Of a stretch of DNA of 64,000 nucleotides, positions 1 through 10,642 are shown piece by piece (within the stretch, counting starts at the first letter, position 1; the number at the start of each line of letters is the position of its first letter). The translations under genes were made by a program, and so were the position numbers. Origin of the DNA: Syntrophaceae bacterium (GTDB lineage: Bacteria > Desulfobacterota > Syntrophia > Syntrophales > UBA2185); assembly GCA_003153775.1 (NCBI GenBank), contig PMBI01000011.1, positions 109,427 through 173,426 of the forward strand, written 5' to 3'. The notes beneath the pieces were generated by a model that ran no database searches, had not been told where the DNA came from, and saw nothing but the letters and a program-made list of their open reading frames with translations.

Positions 1-142
1 GAATGCTCGGGTGAACCCAATCGGGAAAGGGGGAGAATTTGCCCTGAAAAGCGGGCAGCTTCTTCATCGCCCGGACGTTTTCCATGAAGCTCCGGTCGTT
101 TTCCTTCCGGGAAAGCAGTTCTTTTATGGTCAAGGTGGGCAT
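1..142 (-). CDS. 5' part of a gene running off the window; possibly a DEAD/DEAH-box helicase (YprA/MrfA-like N-terminus)
   Basis: GGAG RBS, ATG at 142, open to the edge: MPTLTIKELLSRKENDRSFMENVRAMKKLPAFQGKFSPFPDWVHPSI; family is inferred from resemblance only. Confidence 0.45.
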   Translation of the reverse strand, partial: MPTLTIKELLSRKENDRSFMENVRAMKKLPAFQGKFSPFPDWVHPSI

Positions 143-465
143 AGAAGCTCCGTATTATTTCGCGCCCGTTGGTTTGCTGGAAGTAGATTCCGAGAGATAG
201 ATAATATAATAATTCACGATGCCGCCGGAATTTCTATCGATGGGGGAAATCCTGTTATTTGTCTTTCAGATCCGTCATCTATTTACCCCCTTTCTCATTC
301 TTCCACAACATATTTTTATAGATGTGAAATCCAGGTTGGCTTCGCGCGAGATTTGTGTTTAATAATATATTGACTGTTGAGAAGCAGACAAACCATTCTT
401 AACAGTGAAGGGCAAGTTCGGTTCAGACGCCGTAAGAATGGGATTCCTGGTCAGTAGCATGGGGG

Positions 466-1044
466 ATGCTTTTGAAAATTCGCCGTTGTGGGTGGGCTAA
501 TAACGTTGCACTGATAGAGTATCACGACCTTGAATGGGGAGTGCCGATCCACGACGATCGAACCCTGTTCGAATTTCTCATTCTCGAGGGTATGCAGGCA
601 GGCCTGAGCTGGGAGACTGTCCTAAAGAAGCGGGCAAGCTACCGCACTGCATTTGATAACTTTGACCCCGCAGCCATAGCAGCTTACAGGCAAATTAAGA
701 TCAGGCAACTGCTTGCGAATGATAATATCATCCGAAATAGGTTGAAGATTGAGGCTGCCGTCGGCAATGCGAAATCGTTTCTTGTCCTGCAACAAGAGTT
801 CGGCACGTTCGACGAATATGTCTGGAGATTCGTTCATGGCCGGCCGAAGCAGAATAAATATCGATCGGGGGATGATATTCCGGCGCAAACAACAGAATCA
901 AATGATCTGAGTAATGACCTGCGGCGATACGGGTTTAAGTTTGCGGGTCCGACAATCTGCTATGCTTTCATGCAGGCAGTGGGGATGGTCAATGATCATC
1001 TCGTGGATTGTTTCCGTCATAAACAGGTCGGTTCATTGGCTTGA
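466..1044 (+). CDS. tag: DNA-3-methyladenine glycosylase I
   Basis: RCGW..YHDLEWG, LEGMQAGLSW, IIRNRLKI, GFKFAGPTICYAFMQAVG.VNDH..C motifs. Confidence 0.96.
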   Translation: MLLKIRRCGWANNVALIEYHDLEWGVPIHDDRTLFEFLILEGMQAGLSWETVLKKRASYRTAFDNFDPAAIAAYRQIKIRQLLANDNIIRNRLKIEAAVGNAKSFLVLQQEFGTFDEYVWRFVHGRPKQNKYRSGDDIPAQTTESNDLSNDLRRYGFKFAGPTICYAFMQAVGMVNDHLVDCFRHKQVGSLA

Positions 1045-1129
1045 CTACACGGGCCGACGGAGATCGCCAGGAATTGTAAAGTTGAGACGGGACAGGCGAG
1101 ATGTCTGTCCCGTCGGGCAGGTTTATATC

Positions 1130-2758
1130 TTAACCGAGGATGGCCTTCAAATCCGCCTCCGGCGTTGTGATAGGCTTGATCTCGAATCTCTTGACGAGAA
1201 AATCGAGGACATTGGGCGAGGTAAACGCCGGAAGAGACGGACCCAGACGAATATTCTTTATGCCGAGGGCGAGCAGTGTAAGGAGAATTGCGACCGCTTT
1301 CTGCTCGTACCATGAGAGTACCATAGAAAGAGGAAGCTCATTTACACCGACACCAAAGGCCTTGGAAAGCGCCAAGGCGACCTGAATCGCTGAGTAGGCG
1401 TCGTTGCACTGTCCGACATCGAGCAATCTCGGAATCCCTCCAATGTCTCCCATGTCTTTATCAAAAAAGCGGAACTTGCCGCAGGCGAGCGTAAGGACTA
1501 CGCAGTCCTTCGGAATCAGCTCGACGAATTTGGTGTAGTAGTTGCGGCCGGGTTTTGCACCGTCGCAGCCGGCAACAAGGAAGAAATGGCGAATACTCTT
1601 ATTCTTGACGGCTTCAATGATCTTATCGGCAACGCTCAGTATGGCATTCCTGCCAAAGCCCACGGTGACGGATGCTTTTTCCATATCTGCAGTGAAGCCG
1701 GGCAGCGCCAGCGCCCTCTTGATCACCGTTGTGAAATCACGGTTTGTAATATGGTTGACGCCGGGCCAACCTACCTGGCCGGAAGTAAAGATATTCGACA
1801 AATATGATGACTGCGGTTTCTGGATGCAGTTTGTCGTCATAAGAATAGCCCCGGGAAAGTCACCGAACTCCTTTGCCTGATTCTGCCAGGCCGTGCCGTA
1901 GTGACCGTAGAAACGTTCATACTTCTTCAGGCCGGGATAGCCGTGGGAAGGCAGCATCTCTCCATGGGTGTACACATAGATGCCTTTTCCCGCCGTCTGC
2001 TTCAGGAGTTCTTCCAAGTCTTTAAGGTCATGCCCCGAGACAAGGATCGCCTTGCCCTTCTTTACGCCAAGGGGAACCTTGGTAGGTACGGGGTGGCCGT
2101 AGGCGCCCGTATGTGCGGCATCAAGGAGTTCCATCGCCCTGAGATTCATTTCGCCGCACTTGAGAACCAGATTGATCCCTTCGTCGAGCGTCATATTCTC
2201 ATTGGCAAGCTCGGTCAGGCCTTCCTGAAGAAACGCATATAACGCAACATCCTCCTTGCCGAGAATCGCAGCGTGGTCTGCATAGGCCGCAATTCCGCGC
2301 ATGCCGAAGAGGGCTATGTGCTTGAGGGAGAGGACATCATCGCTCACGGCGGGATAGGATTTCAATCCTGTTTTCTCGCCCTGGGCGACCAGTTCATCGG
2401 AGGTGGGAGCCGGTTTGAAGCGGACGGAATCGTGTGCAAAACGGACGTTGCCGCCGGCTCCTTTGACCTTGATAATCAAGGCGTCTCTGTACTGAACACA
2501 TTGCCGGAGCATGGTTGTAAATCTTTCTGGGTCAAAGTTGACATTGGTTAGCGTGGCAAAAAAAGAGCCGCAGATAAACAGGTCAATGTCGCGGTCAACA
2601 ACACCAACCTTCCTCCCTTCGACGGTAACAAGAGAGAGCCCTGTCAGGGCATATGTCAGCAGGTCCTGTAATGCGGCAACGTCTGCCTGCTTGCCGCAGA
2701 CGCCGGCCTTGGTACATGCCTCACCTTTTGCGGTTTGTTCACATTGGTAGCAAAACAT
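1130..2758 (-). CDS. hcp: hydroxylamine reductase (hybrid cluster protein)
   Basis: N-terminal MFCYQCEQT..C..GVCGK; SGHDL, THGEMLP, TTNC, GCDG, LACGK, GQCND, WYEQKA. Confidence 0.97.
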   Translation of the reverse strand: MFCYQCEQTAKGEACTKAGVCGKQADVAALQDLLTYALTGLSLVTVEGRKVGVVDRDIDLFICGSFFATLTNVNFDPERFTTMLRQCVQYRDALIIKVKGAGGNVRFAHDSVRFKPAPTSDELVAQGEKTGLKSYPAVSDDVLSLKHIALFGMRGIAAYADHAAILGKEDVALYAFLQEGLTELANENMTLDEGINLVLKCGEMNLRAMELLDAAHTGAYGHPVPTKVPLGVKKGKAILVSGHDLKDLEELLKQTAGKGIYVYTHGEMLPSHGYPGLKKYERFYGHYGTAWQNQAKEFGDFPGAILMTTNCIQKPQSSYLSNIFTSGQVGWPGVNHITNRDFTTVIKRALALPGFTADMEKASVTVGFGRNAILSVADKIIEAVKNKSIRHFFLVAGCDGAKPGRNYYTKFVELIPKDCVVLTLACGKFRFFDKDMGDIGGIPRLLDVGQCNDAYSAIQVALALSKAFGVGVNELPLSMVLSWYEQKAVAILLTLLALGIKNIRLGPSLPAFTSPNVLDFLVKRFEIKPITTPEADLKAILG

Positions 2759-2842
2759 AACTGGTCTCCTTCAAATCATTTTTGTCCGGTTCAGAGAGAT
2801 AACCGATATAGTACGAAGCTTGGCACAATAATTTGTGACGGT

Positions 2843-2860
2843 CATTGACTTATGTCAATG
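2843..2860. promoter_or_regulatory. HcpR/FNR-type operator upstream of hcp
   Basis: Inverted repeat CATTGAC-TTAT-GTCAATG about 85 bp upstream of the hcp start; fits the TTGAC-N4-GTCAA motif described for CRP/FNR-family HcpR. Confidence 0.75.
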
Positions 2861-2915
2861 GACCTTGATATTCGCTGCTCGAAAATATTTCTTTCGCACA
2901 GACCGAGCGCAGGTG

Positions 2916-3206
2916 CTATTTGAAAAGATCATCGAGTTTCTTTCTGGTAAAGTCCTTATCGTCTTTTGCCGTTCCTTCGGATGCGTTATCTTTGAATTTG
3001 AAGTAATCGCAGAAGTTGGCTCGCTCCTTATCAATGACCCTCTCCGCCTGAGACTCACGGCATTGATTGTAATACTTCGGATCGTAGTGGCGGCAGTTGC
3101 GGCAGCAGCGAAGGTCCGCCTGGCACATAGGGCATGTGTCTTTCCGTCCTACTGTTTTGGGAACATCAATTTCCTTCTTGCATTTGTGACACAGCATCAT
3201 AAACAA
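2916..3206 (-). CDS. small Cys-rich (Zn/Fe-binding) hypothetical protein
   Basis: CHKC..CPMC..CCRNCRHY..C..FCDYF; true start may be 3200 or 3197. Confidence 0.8.
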   Translation of the reverse strand: MFMMLCHKCKKEIDVPKTVGRKDTCPMCQADLRCCRNCRHYDPKYYNQCRESQAERVIDKERANFCDYFKFKDNASEGTAKDDKDFTRKKLDDLFK

Positions 3207-3588
3207 GGTGATGTTCTAATGGCTATCTTCTGTTGTAAATCTGCGCAAAGGCGAAATTCGCCGTCGATCCTGCAAGTCACTGTTTCTAAGTTTAGATTAA
3301 GTGTACAACGGATTCAATAACTTTTTGCGGTGCAGTAGATTGTGAGAGAAGACGGATCTGATGGAGAGGGCTTCTTCCGGGACGGGTGCAGAAACCGCGC
3401 TGTGGTGTTTCCGATAATGACTAAAGAAAAATTCTTATTGATAATGAGGGGCTTTAGTGGTAATAGACGGCTCCGGTGGCGTCATGAACGGTTTCATGAC
3501 CCCGCTGACATCCTCAGTCTATAAAGATCAGGATGAAAGAAGGCTTTTCTATCCCGGTTGACGAAATGGAATTAAGGACGGAAACCGC

Positions 3589-3662
3589 TGGGGGATCGTT
3601 CAATGGTAGGACAACGGACTCTGACTCCGTATATCCAGGTTCGAATCCTGGTCTCCCAGCCA
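3589..3662 (+). tRNA. tRNA-Gln(CTG)
   Basis: Cloverleaf: TGGGGGA/TCTCCCA acceptor stem, ACGGA-CTCTGAC-TCCGT anticodon arm, CCAGG-TTCGAAT-CCTGG T arm, encoded CCA. Confidence 0.98.
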
Positions 3663-3998
3663 AATGAACCGGACAATTAGCTGCCTCACCCCGTTACTGA
3701 TATCCGAGAAGAACTCAATTCGCCCAATTCTCTGACTCATCGAGCTTTTTTGCACTTCTCCCTCATTCTTTGCGCTGCAGGTATGAAACAGCTGTGACAT
3801 GCTATTTCATGTCTCGTAAAATGTGCCGTCTTCAATACGTAGTCGCATGCGTATATGTCGTGTCAGATTGGACTTTATATCTCCAAGTTATAATTATGAT
3901 TATTTTATTGATGCGAAGATTCAAATCGGATATATACCATCCGTAGTTTGCAATCCGAGCCCGATTTGATAGCAACCAGAAGAGGATAGGGAGGTCCA

Positions 3999-4652
3999 TT
4001 GTCGATGCAGAGATATACTCTTCGTGTAATCATTATTGTTATGTTGACAGTCGCCGCGTATGTCTCGTATTGTTCAGCATATATTTTTGATGAGCGTATG
4101 TTGAATATCGCCACGTTCTTGGTTCTCACCCTGACACTTGTTGCCTTGATCATTTATGCGTATGACACGAATTTGATTGCATCCATGGCCCGTGCAAGAT
4201 GGGAGCGGGAGCATATTTTAGAATCTTACTATTCAATGACTCTTGTCCCCCGGAAAGATAATGACAGAGGGCGCACTATATTTCTCATCGGTAATCCGTC
4301 CACCCTGATGCTTCGCGCAAAAGTCTGGTGTCATCTTCAACTCAACGGCGAGTCGGTTGAGATCGACGATGATTATAACGGTCAGAATACCTGGTACATA
4401 TTCCCCCAGCAGATCAGTCAGGGATGGTTTGAAATCGCGGATATCCTTGCAAAGAAAGGCAAGACAATAGAGTCGATGACCATTGAAGCGTCTGAAGCCG
4501 ATCATAGCAAACAATTAACTATGGATCTTGAGATAGAATTCAGAAATGAATTGGACATCCGCAGAAGGTTGCCCCTGCGGAGGCACTGTTTCGATTGTAA
4601 AGACTGGCAGTGGATTCCCGATATTACCAAGCAGGACGAGTGGAAGGCCTGA
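3999..4652 (+). CDS. hypothetical protein with two N-terminal TM helices
   Basis: GGGAGG RBS; 217-aa ORF; two hydrophobic segments followed by a soluble domain. Confidence 0.7.
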   Translation: MSMQRYTLRVIIIVMLTVAAYVSYCSAYIFDERMLNIATFLVLTLTLVALIIYAYDTNLIASMARARWEREHILESYYSMTLVPRKDNDRGRTIFLIGNPSTLMLRAKVWCHLQLNGESVEIDDDYNGQNTWYIFPQQISQGWFEIADILAKKGKTIESMTIEASEADHSKQLTMDLEIEFRNELDIRRRLPLRRHCFDCKDWQWIPDITKQDEWKA

Positions 4653-4683
4653 ATGAGCACTTCGGACAGCGCAAGGGGATAGA

Positions 4684-5061
4684 ATGATCCGTAGATATTA
4701 CAAGAAAAGAAGCGAGCGGGGCTTCACGATCATCGAGTTGCTCTTTATTGTTCTTATTCTTAGTCTCTTGGCAGCAATTGCCATACCTCAGTTCGTGGCG
4801 TACAGAACAAGGGCTTACAATGCGGCAGCGAACGTGGGTGTGAAGAGTGCGTACCAGGCGTCGCAGGCTTTCTTCAGCGTTTCACCGGGAGGGATGGTCT
4901 CGGTAGCCCTTCTATCGGTCTATGGATATAACGCTAACGTGCCCATAATATTAACATTGGGCGGCACCGGCCATATAACTAACTTCACGTTGCAGGCAGT
5001 CCATAGTGGCGGCAGCTCAACCTTTACTGTTGATGAAAGAGGTGATGTCACACGAAGTTAG
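4684..5061 (+). CDS. type IVa pilin (short, aromatic-rich)
   Basis: Class III signal RG|FTIIELL, then AAIAIPQF.AYR..AYN. Confidence 0.92.
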   Translation: MIRRYYKKRSERGFTIIELLFIVLILSLLAAIAIPQFVAYRTRAYNAAANVGVKSAYQASQAFFSVSPGGMVSVALLSVYGYNANVPIILTLGGTGHITNFTLQAVHSGGSSTFTVDERGDVTRS

Positions 5062-5190
5062 CAGTCTCTGCTATTGTTCGATGAAACGGAGTCGATAATA
5101 ATATTTGGTCAGAGACGATAACAGCCGCCAAATACCACACGGAGATTCCTGTCAGGCACATCGAGATTCTGATTTTATACTGCCTGCGGA

Positions 5191-6882
5191 TTACTTCCCC
5201 TTCTCCGTGATTTTTGCCCAGGCATCGCGCAATGTAACTGTGCGGTTGAATACCAGGGCTTTATCTGAAGAATCAACGGAATCCACACAGAAATAGCCGA
5301 CCCGTTCAAACTGGTAGAGACTTCCGGAGATGGCAGCTGCCATGCTTGGCTCCACTTGGCACGATCGGAGAATCTCCAGCGATTTCGGATCGAGTGAGAG
5401 AGTCATGTCTGATTCCTTCGTCAGAGGATCGGCGACGCGGAAAAGGCGATCATAGAGACGGACTTGAGCCGGAAGAGCATGCAGCGCCGAGACCCAGTGT
5501 ATGGTTGCGTCCACCTTCCGTCCGTCGGGGGCAAATCCGCTTCGTGTCTCCGGGTCGTATGTACAGCGCAATTCGACTACCTCTCCCGTACGCTCATTCT
5601 TAACAGCACGCACACACTTAATAAAGTAGCCGTATCGCAGACGAACCTCCCTGCCGGTGGAGAGCCTGTAAAACTTCTTGGGCGGATTCTCCATAAAGTC
5701 ATCTGCGTCGATGTATAGCTCGCGAGAGAAGGGGACTTTCCGGGAGCCCATGGCGGTATTTTTAGGATGATAGGGGCATTCGAACTCCTCAACCCGCCCT
5801 TCCGGGTAATTGTCAATTACAACGCGCAGTGGTCTGAGAACGGCCATGACGCGTGGGGCCCTTTCATTTAAATCCTCCCTCACACAGTGCTCAAGCAGCG
5901 CCATATCCACGATGCTGTCATTCTTGGCCACGCCGATGCGCTCGCAGAAGCTCCGTATGGCCTCCGGAGTGTAGCCCCGTCTGCGCATGCCCGAGATGGT
6001 GGGCATCCTGGGGTCATCCCACCCGTTGACAAGCTTTCTTTCAACCAGTTCCAGAAGCTTGCGTTTGCTCATTATTGTATAGCTGAGGTTGAGACGGGCA
6101 AATTCGATCTGCTGCGGTTGATGTTCGACTTCCAATTCGTCAAGGAACCAATCATAGAGAGGACGATTGTTTTCAAATTCGAGAGTGCAGATGGAATGTG
6201 TAATTCCTTCGATGGAGTCAGAGAGACAATGTGCGAAGTCATACATGGGGTAAATGCACCATGCGTCACCGGTTCTATAATGTGTCTCTTTCTTAATGCG
6301 GTACATGACCGGGTCACGCATGGTAATATTCGGCGATGCCATATCAATCTTTGCGCGAAGGACATGTGTTCCGTCCGGAAACTCTCCGGCACGCATGCGT
6401 TCTAAGAGATCGAGGTTCTCTTCAATTGTCCTGTTTCGATATGGGCTTTCTTTCCCCGGTTCTGTGAACGTGCCGCGGTACTGACGAATCTCATCGGCAC
6501 TCAGACTGCAAACAAAGGCCTTGCCCATCTTTATAAGCTGCAGGGCGTATTGGTATAGTTTTTCATAGTAATCTGATGCATAGTATAATCGCTCTTCCCA
6601 GTCGAAGCCCAGCCACTTGACGTCCCGAATGATGGCATTCACATATTCCATGCTCTCGCCGGTTGGGTCTGTGTCATCCATGCGCAAATTGCATGTACCT
6701 CTGTATTGGGCTGCGATACCAAAATTAAGGCAGATGGACTTGGCGTGCCCGATATGGGGATATCCGTTAGGCTCCGGCGGGAATCGGGTAGCCACACGTC
6801 CCTGATACTTGTTCGTTTTCATGTCGTCTTCTATGATATCCCTGATAAAATCGGAGGGAAGCGATGAATTGGTTTGGACCAT
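5191..6882 (-). CDS. glnS: glutamine--tRNA ligase
   Basis: [15 protein letters not shown] (HIGH), [24 protein letters not shown]-type C-terminus. Confidence 0.97.
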   Translation of the reverse strand: MVQTNSSLPSDFIRDIIEDDMKTNKYQGRVATRFPPEPNGYPHIGHAKSICLNFGIAAQYRGTCNLRMDDTDPTGESMEYVNAIIRDVKWLGFDWEERLYYASDYYEKLYQYALQLIKMGKAFVCSLSADEIRQYRGTFTEPGKESPYRNRTIEENLDLLERMRAGEFPDGTHVLRAKIDMASPNITMRDPVMYRIKKETHYRTGDAWCIYPMYDFAHCLSDSIEGITHSICTLEFENNRPLYDWFLDELEVEHQPQQIEFARLNLSYTIMSKRKLLELVERKLVNGWDDPRMPTISGMRRRGYTPEAIRSFCERIGVAKNDSIVDMALLEHCVREDLNERAPRVMAVLRPLRVVIDNYPEGRVEEFECPYHPKNTAMGSRKVPFSRELYIDADDFMENPPKKFYRLSTGREVRLRYGYFIKCVRAVKNERTGEVVELRCTYDPETRSGFAPDGRKVDATIHWVSALHALPAQVRLYDRLFRVADPLTKESDMTLSLDPKSLEILRSCQVEPSMAAAISGSLYQFERVGYFCVDSVDSSDKALVFNRTVTLRDAWAKITEKGK

Positions 6883-7193
6883 ATTGCGTATTTCCTTTCT
6901 CCAGCTTTCAATCCATATGGGGCTCTGTCATTGCGCTCGACTGTACCACATTTTGCTTCAGACTTCTGCCATTTTTATTCGTCGAGGAGAGACTATCTTG
7001 ACAAGGGAAAATAAATTGATGAATTGACGGGTACTGAACATCACAATGGAACACAGGAGACCGGAAAGATGACGGGGAGGTTCTTTTGGGGGAATAAAGG
7101 GACGATTCCGGCAATGCTACCTTTCGGGGAGTCGTTAGCGCCGGCGGCGAGTTTAATAATTATGTTGCGACGGCTCCAAATTCGCCTGTCCTG

Positions 7194-8039
7194 CTACTTC
7201 ATTTCCGTGAGCTTTGCCCTTGCCATTCGGGCCTGACTGGTGCCGGGATAATTTTTCGCCACCTGATCGAGAAGGAGCTTTGCGCTTGACTTGTCGCCTA
7301 GATTCAGAAAAGAAAATCCCTGCTTGAGCAAGGCGTTAGGCACCTTGTTACCCTGTGGATAATTCTTTATAACCTTCTCGTATTCGAGGATCGCCTGTTC
7401 GTATCTCCTTTCAAAATAATAACTCTCGCCAATCCAGAATTGGGCGCTATCAGAATACTCCCTGTTTGGATATTTTTTCAGAAAATCCTGAAACCCTTCT
7501 CGGGCCTTCTCATACTTTTCTTCCTTAAAGGCTTCATAGGCAGAGTCGTATGCCAATTCTTCCTCTGTCTTTACAGTTGTGGTCTTTTTCGTATTGTCGC
7601 CGGCGCCTTCTTCTATCTTTGGCGCCCGACTGGCGCTATTCCCAATCTCGAGCAGGTTTTCTATGGCGCTCATCCGTGATGAAAGTTGCTCAAGCAGGTT
7701 CTTCATATCGCCGAATTCCTTTTCCCTGCGGAGAAACTCAGCTTTTATGTCAGACTCGCCTTTCCCGAGGACTTCACGATCTCCCTTTAGACTCTCCATG
7801 TCTTCTCTGATTTCGGTGATGTCTGCTGCAACGTCGGCGATCCTCTCGCGCAATTCCATCATTGTCTGATCATTCTTTTGTGCATTCTTGCGAACGACGG
7901 CGTTGTCGTCCTTCAGGCCGCGAATTTCCGTGTCGAGCTTTCCCTGCGTCTCTTGGAGGTCAAGCGTTGTCGCACAGCCTGCGTAGGACAAAGAATAAAG
8001 CATTAGAATTAGGAAAAGGAATCTATTCAATTGCCGCAC
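7194..8039 (-). CDS. cpoB: Tol-Pal system protein CpoB/YbgF (lipoprotein, coiled coil + TPR)
   Basis: Lipobox YAGC; AQFWIGESYY, YPQGNKVPNALLKQG, YPGTSQA. Confidence 0.88.
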   Translation of the reverse strand: MRQLNRFLFLILMLYSLSYAGCATTLDLQETQGKLDTEIRGLKDDNAVVRKNAQKNDQTMMELRERIADVAADITEIREDMESLKGDREVLGKGESDIKAEFLRREKEFGDMKNLLEQLSSRMSAIENLLEIGNSASRAPKIEEGAGDNTKKTTTVKTEEELAYDSAYEAFKEEKYEKAREGFQDFLKKYPNREYSDSAQFWIGESYYFERRYEQAILEYEKVIKNYPQGNKVPNALLKQGFSFLNLGDKSSAKLLLDQVAKNYPGTSQARMARAKLTEMK

Positions 8040-8211
8040 CTCCCGTGAGCATAATCCTTTCAGGCCGAAATGATATGGCGCCGTCTGCGTAAATATAATC
8101 TTGATTCGTTCATATATTAATTATCATATATTTGCTTTCTTTCACACAAGGAATCGCAATTCCGGCCTGCAAAAGATCCGATCTGCCGCGTTCCGGAGAG
8201 CTAAGGAATAT

Positions 8212-9198
8212 TTATCTATCCACGGAAACTGCCCCGGGCCAAAGATAATAAAAACCGGTCTTAAGGACGAGCATTTCAGGCAGTTCAATGTTGACAGCCG
8301 GGACGTTGACACCTTCTGATGCGGCAGTCGACGTATTATAGTAGGTGTCATCAGGAAACTCCGTCCTTCGATATACAACAACTCTCGCATCGGCGGAGAG
8401 TCCTGCCAATTGTTTTGACTCTCTCATTGCATCGCTCAAATAGTAAACCTTATCCACCAACCCCAGTTTCAGTGCCTCGTCGGCCAAAAAAATGCGCGCA
8501 GTCGAAATTTCAGTTAGTGCGTGCTGGTCAGGCTTGCGATGTTTTTGCACAAGGCGCATAAAGCGCTCTCCCATATCATCGACCAATTTCTGCAAGAGTC
8601 GTTGCTCTTCTTCGCTGCTCTCTCTAAAAGGAGTGCCCATATCCTTGTTCTTTCCGAATTTTTTCACGTCCACACTGAATCCAATTTTCTCCATGAGGCC
8701 TGCTATCTTCGGCTGAAGGAAGAGGACACCTACAGAGCCCGTGACTGTTGTGGGGTGTGCGGTGATGAGATCCGCAGGAAGAGACACGTAGTAGGCGCCG
8801 GAAGTCGCGATATCCAGCATGGAAACTGTAATCTTCTTGCCCGTCCGTTCTTTGAAAGAGGAGATTTCATGGTAAAGAATATCACTCGCGGTGATTGTGC
8901 CGCCCGGCGAATTGATCTCGAACAAGACAGCCTTAATGCGGTCGTCCTTTTCGGCTTTCCGCAATTGCGATACAACATTCTCGACCATACTTTGCGACTG
9001 GGCGAGAAACCTTTCCTTGGGCGTGTCAGTAATCATTCCGTGCACGGGAATCAGCAGTATCTTATCCGAACCTTTGCCTTCAAGAGTGTATTCCTTTAGG
9101 GGGTCTCCTGCATCGCTGAAGAGTTTAACTCTGGGGCCTCCGCACGCAGTGACAAAAATCAACACAAATAGTGCTATTACGAGGTAATGTCTTTGCAT
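8212..9198 (-). CDS. sppA: signal peptide peptidase SppA (S49), lipoprotein
   Basis: VTAC lipobox; INSPGG, ATSGAYY, TGSVGV, ALKLGLVD. Confidence 0.92.
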   Translation of the reverse strand: MQRHYLVIALFVLIFVTACGGPRVKLFSDAGDPLKEYTLEGKGSDKILLIPVHGMITDTPKERFLAQSQSMVENVVSQLRKAEKDDRIKAVLFEINSPGGTITASDILYHEISSFKERTGKKITVSMLDIATSGAYYVSLPADLITAHPTTVTGSVGVLFLQPKIAGLMEKIGFSVDVKKFGKNKDMGTPFRESSEEEQRLLQKLVDDMGERFMRLVQKHRKPDQHALTEISTARIFLADEALKLGLVDKVYYLSDAMRESKQLAGLSADARVVVYRRTEFPDDTYYNTSTAASEGVNVPAVNIELPEMLVLKTGFYYLWPGAVSVDR

Positions 9199-9473
9199 AT
9201 GGTTCCTCCCTTACAACCAAGCGTGAGAAATAACAAGAATTCCGGGGTCACACTGCCGGCGCAACTTTTCCACAGGCACTTCAAATATTTTCATGTCTAT
9301 ACGGAAAATCCTTAAGTTATCGGGGAACAGTCCTTGAGCGCGAGATGTATCAAAAATAATAAAGAAATGGTGATTGTCTGTCAATAACAAATGACCGCTC
9401 TGCTTTGACAGAGCAAAGAGAAATGTCATTTACGAGGATCAAAATTCTATGGGGCATCGTACATGAAACGTAT

Positions 9474-9917
9474 TTAAAAGATGAGAGGGATGAGTCTTTT
9501 TGTTGTTTCCATGTAGGCCTCGTATTCGGCAAACCGTTCTTTCAGAAGGCTCTCTTCAAATGGCATTTTTACTATCAAATCGATGGTGAGAATAATTCCT
9601 GCGGCGATGCGCAGCAGAGAGAAGTACTCAATAACGACCGGCCAGATGACGAGCAATACGGCCAGATACATGGGGTGTCTGATGAGTCTGTAAGGCCCGC
9701 TCGTCACCAGCGTCGCGCCATCTTTCACGAGCGGCGAGATATTCATATTGCCAATGCCCATGGCGGCAACGGCCCAGATCCCGATTGCCATCCCAGCAGC
9801 CTGCATAAGAATAAACAGAAAGTGGTTTGCCAGTGGAGTGCTTGATGCAAAAATATAAACGATACAAGCTAATTGTATAAAGACGAGAATACGCCCTTTT
9901 AATTTATCCGCTGTCAT
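9474..9917 (-). CDS. isoprenylcysteine carboxylmethyltransferase-family membrane protein
   Basis: LVTSGPYRLIRHPMY, EE..L..F.EY..Y...TKRLIP. Confidence 0.88.
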   Translation of the reverse strand: MTADKLKGRILVFIQLACIVYIFASSTPLANHFLFILMQAAGMAIGIWAVAAMGIGNMNISPLVKDGATLVTSGPYRLIRHPMYLAVLLVIWPVVIEYFSLLRIAAGIILTIDLIVKMPFEESLLKERFAEYEAYMETTKRLIPLIF

Positions 9918-9924
9918 TTCGCGA

Positions 9925-10419
9925 TTAAGAAGGCCTCTTGGAGCGGTAGTCGATCATGAAAAGGGCGTCTGCCGACGTGAAGCGGCCAATCGGTCCGGTA
10001 CTGTATACGGCTTCATCAATTACGCCGTCCGGTCGGAGGATAAAGCCCGCCGCATGGATGTAACCCGTTACATCATCAAAGAAGGCCCCTGTCGCGGTGG
10101 CAAATGCCCTGGCATCAAGCCCATAGGCAATGGGGAAGGTCAGTTTCTTTCTCTCCACGGATTTCTGTGCAGTCTCGAGACTGTCCGTTGAAGCCGCAAT
10201 TACCTTAATGTTCCTACTGTCGTAATCAGAGATGCGTGACTGAAATTCAGCTAACTGCTGACGACAGAACGGTCACCATGCTCCCCTGTAAATCAGGAGG
10301 ACAGTCCAGCAGCCTCTTAAGATATCAGGAATGCTTATGGACCTGCCGTCTGTTAATCTGAACTCCATCCGCGGAAACAAATCACCACTGTCGAGTTTTC
10401 TGCCCTCCGCCTGCGCCAT
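9925..10419 (-). CDS. peroxiredoxin-like (AhpC/TSA, thioredoxin-fold) selenoprotein, UxxC
   Basis: GAGGTG RBS, ATG at 10419; 164 aa with one in-frame TGA (10275-10273, codon 49) in YRGAW-U-PFC; SECIS-like hairpin follows. Confidence 0.88.
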
Positions 10420-10642
10420 AATCACCTCTTGCTTGAGCCTGCCAGCAGTGGAATTCGATGAATGAACCGTTCTGTGAATGAGGAAAGGATCTGAATAAAT
10501 AATTATGGATTAACCGGATATTCGTTCGGTCTCGTCTTTACGAAGACCACTCGCTGTCAGATGATTGCTTGTCAGCTAGCCTCATGTTATTTATTTAACG
10601 GCCTTATATCCCTAAGTGCCGCGTAAATAGTCTTCAGGAGAA

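Noticed and set aside
11-373. 120-aa plus-strand ORF
   Set aside because: No motifs or RBS; it overlaps a better supported minus-strand gene start at 142 and runs through AT-rich intergenic DNA.
385-450. c-di-GMP-I riboswitch resemblance (ACAAACCATTC...GAATGGGA)
   Set aside because: Lacks the GNRA tetraloop and the following GACGCAAAG segment and second stem.
2821-2836. sigma54-like TGGCAC near hcp
   Set aside because: No GC at the -12 position and it points away from hcp.
3663-5190. Genomic islet integrated at tRNA-Gln
   Set aside because: No duplicate of the tRNA 3' end and no integrase found.
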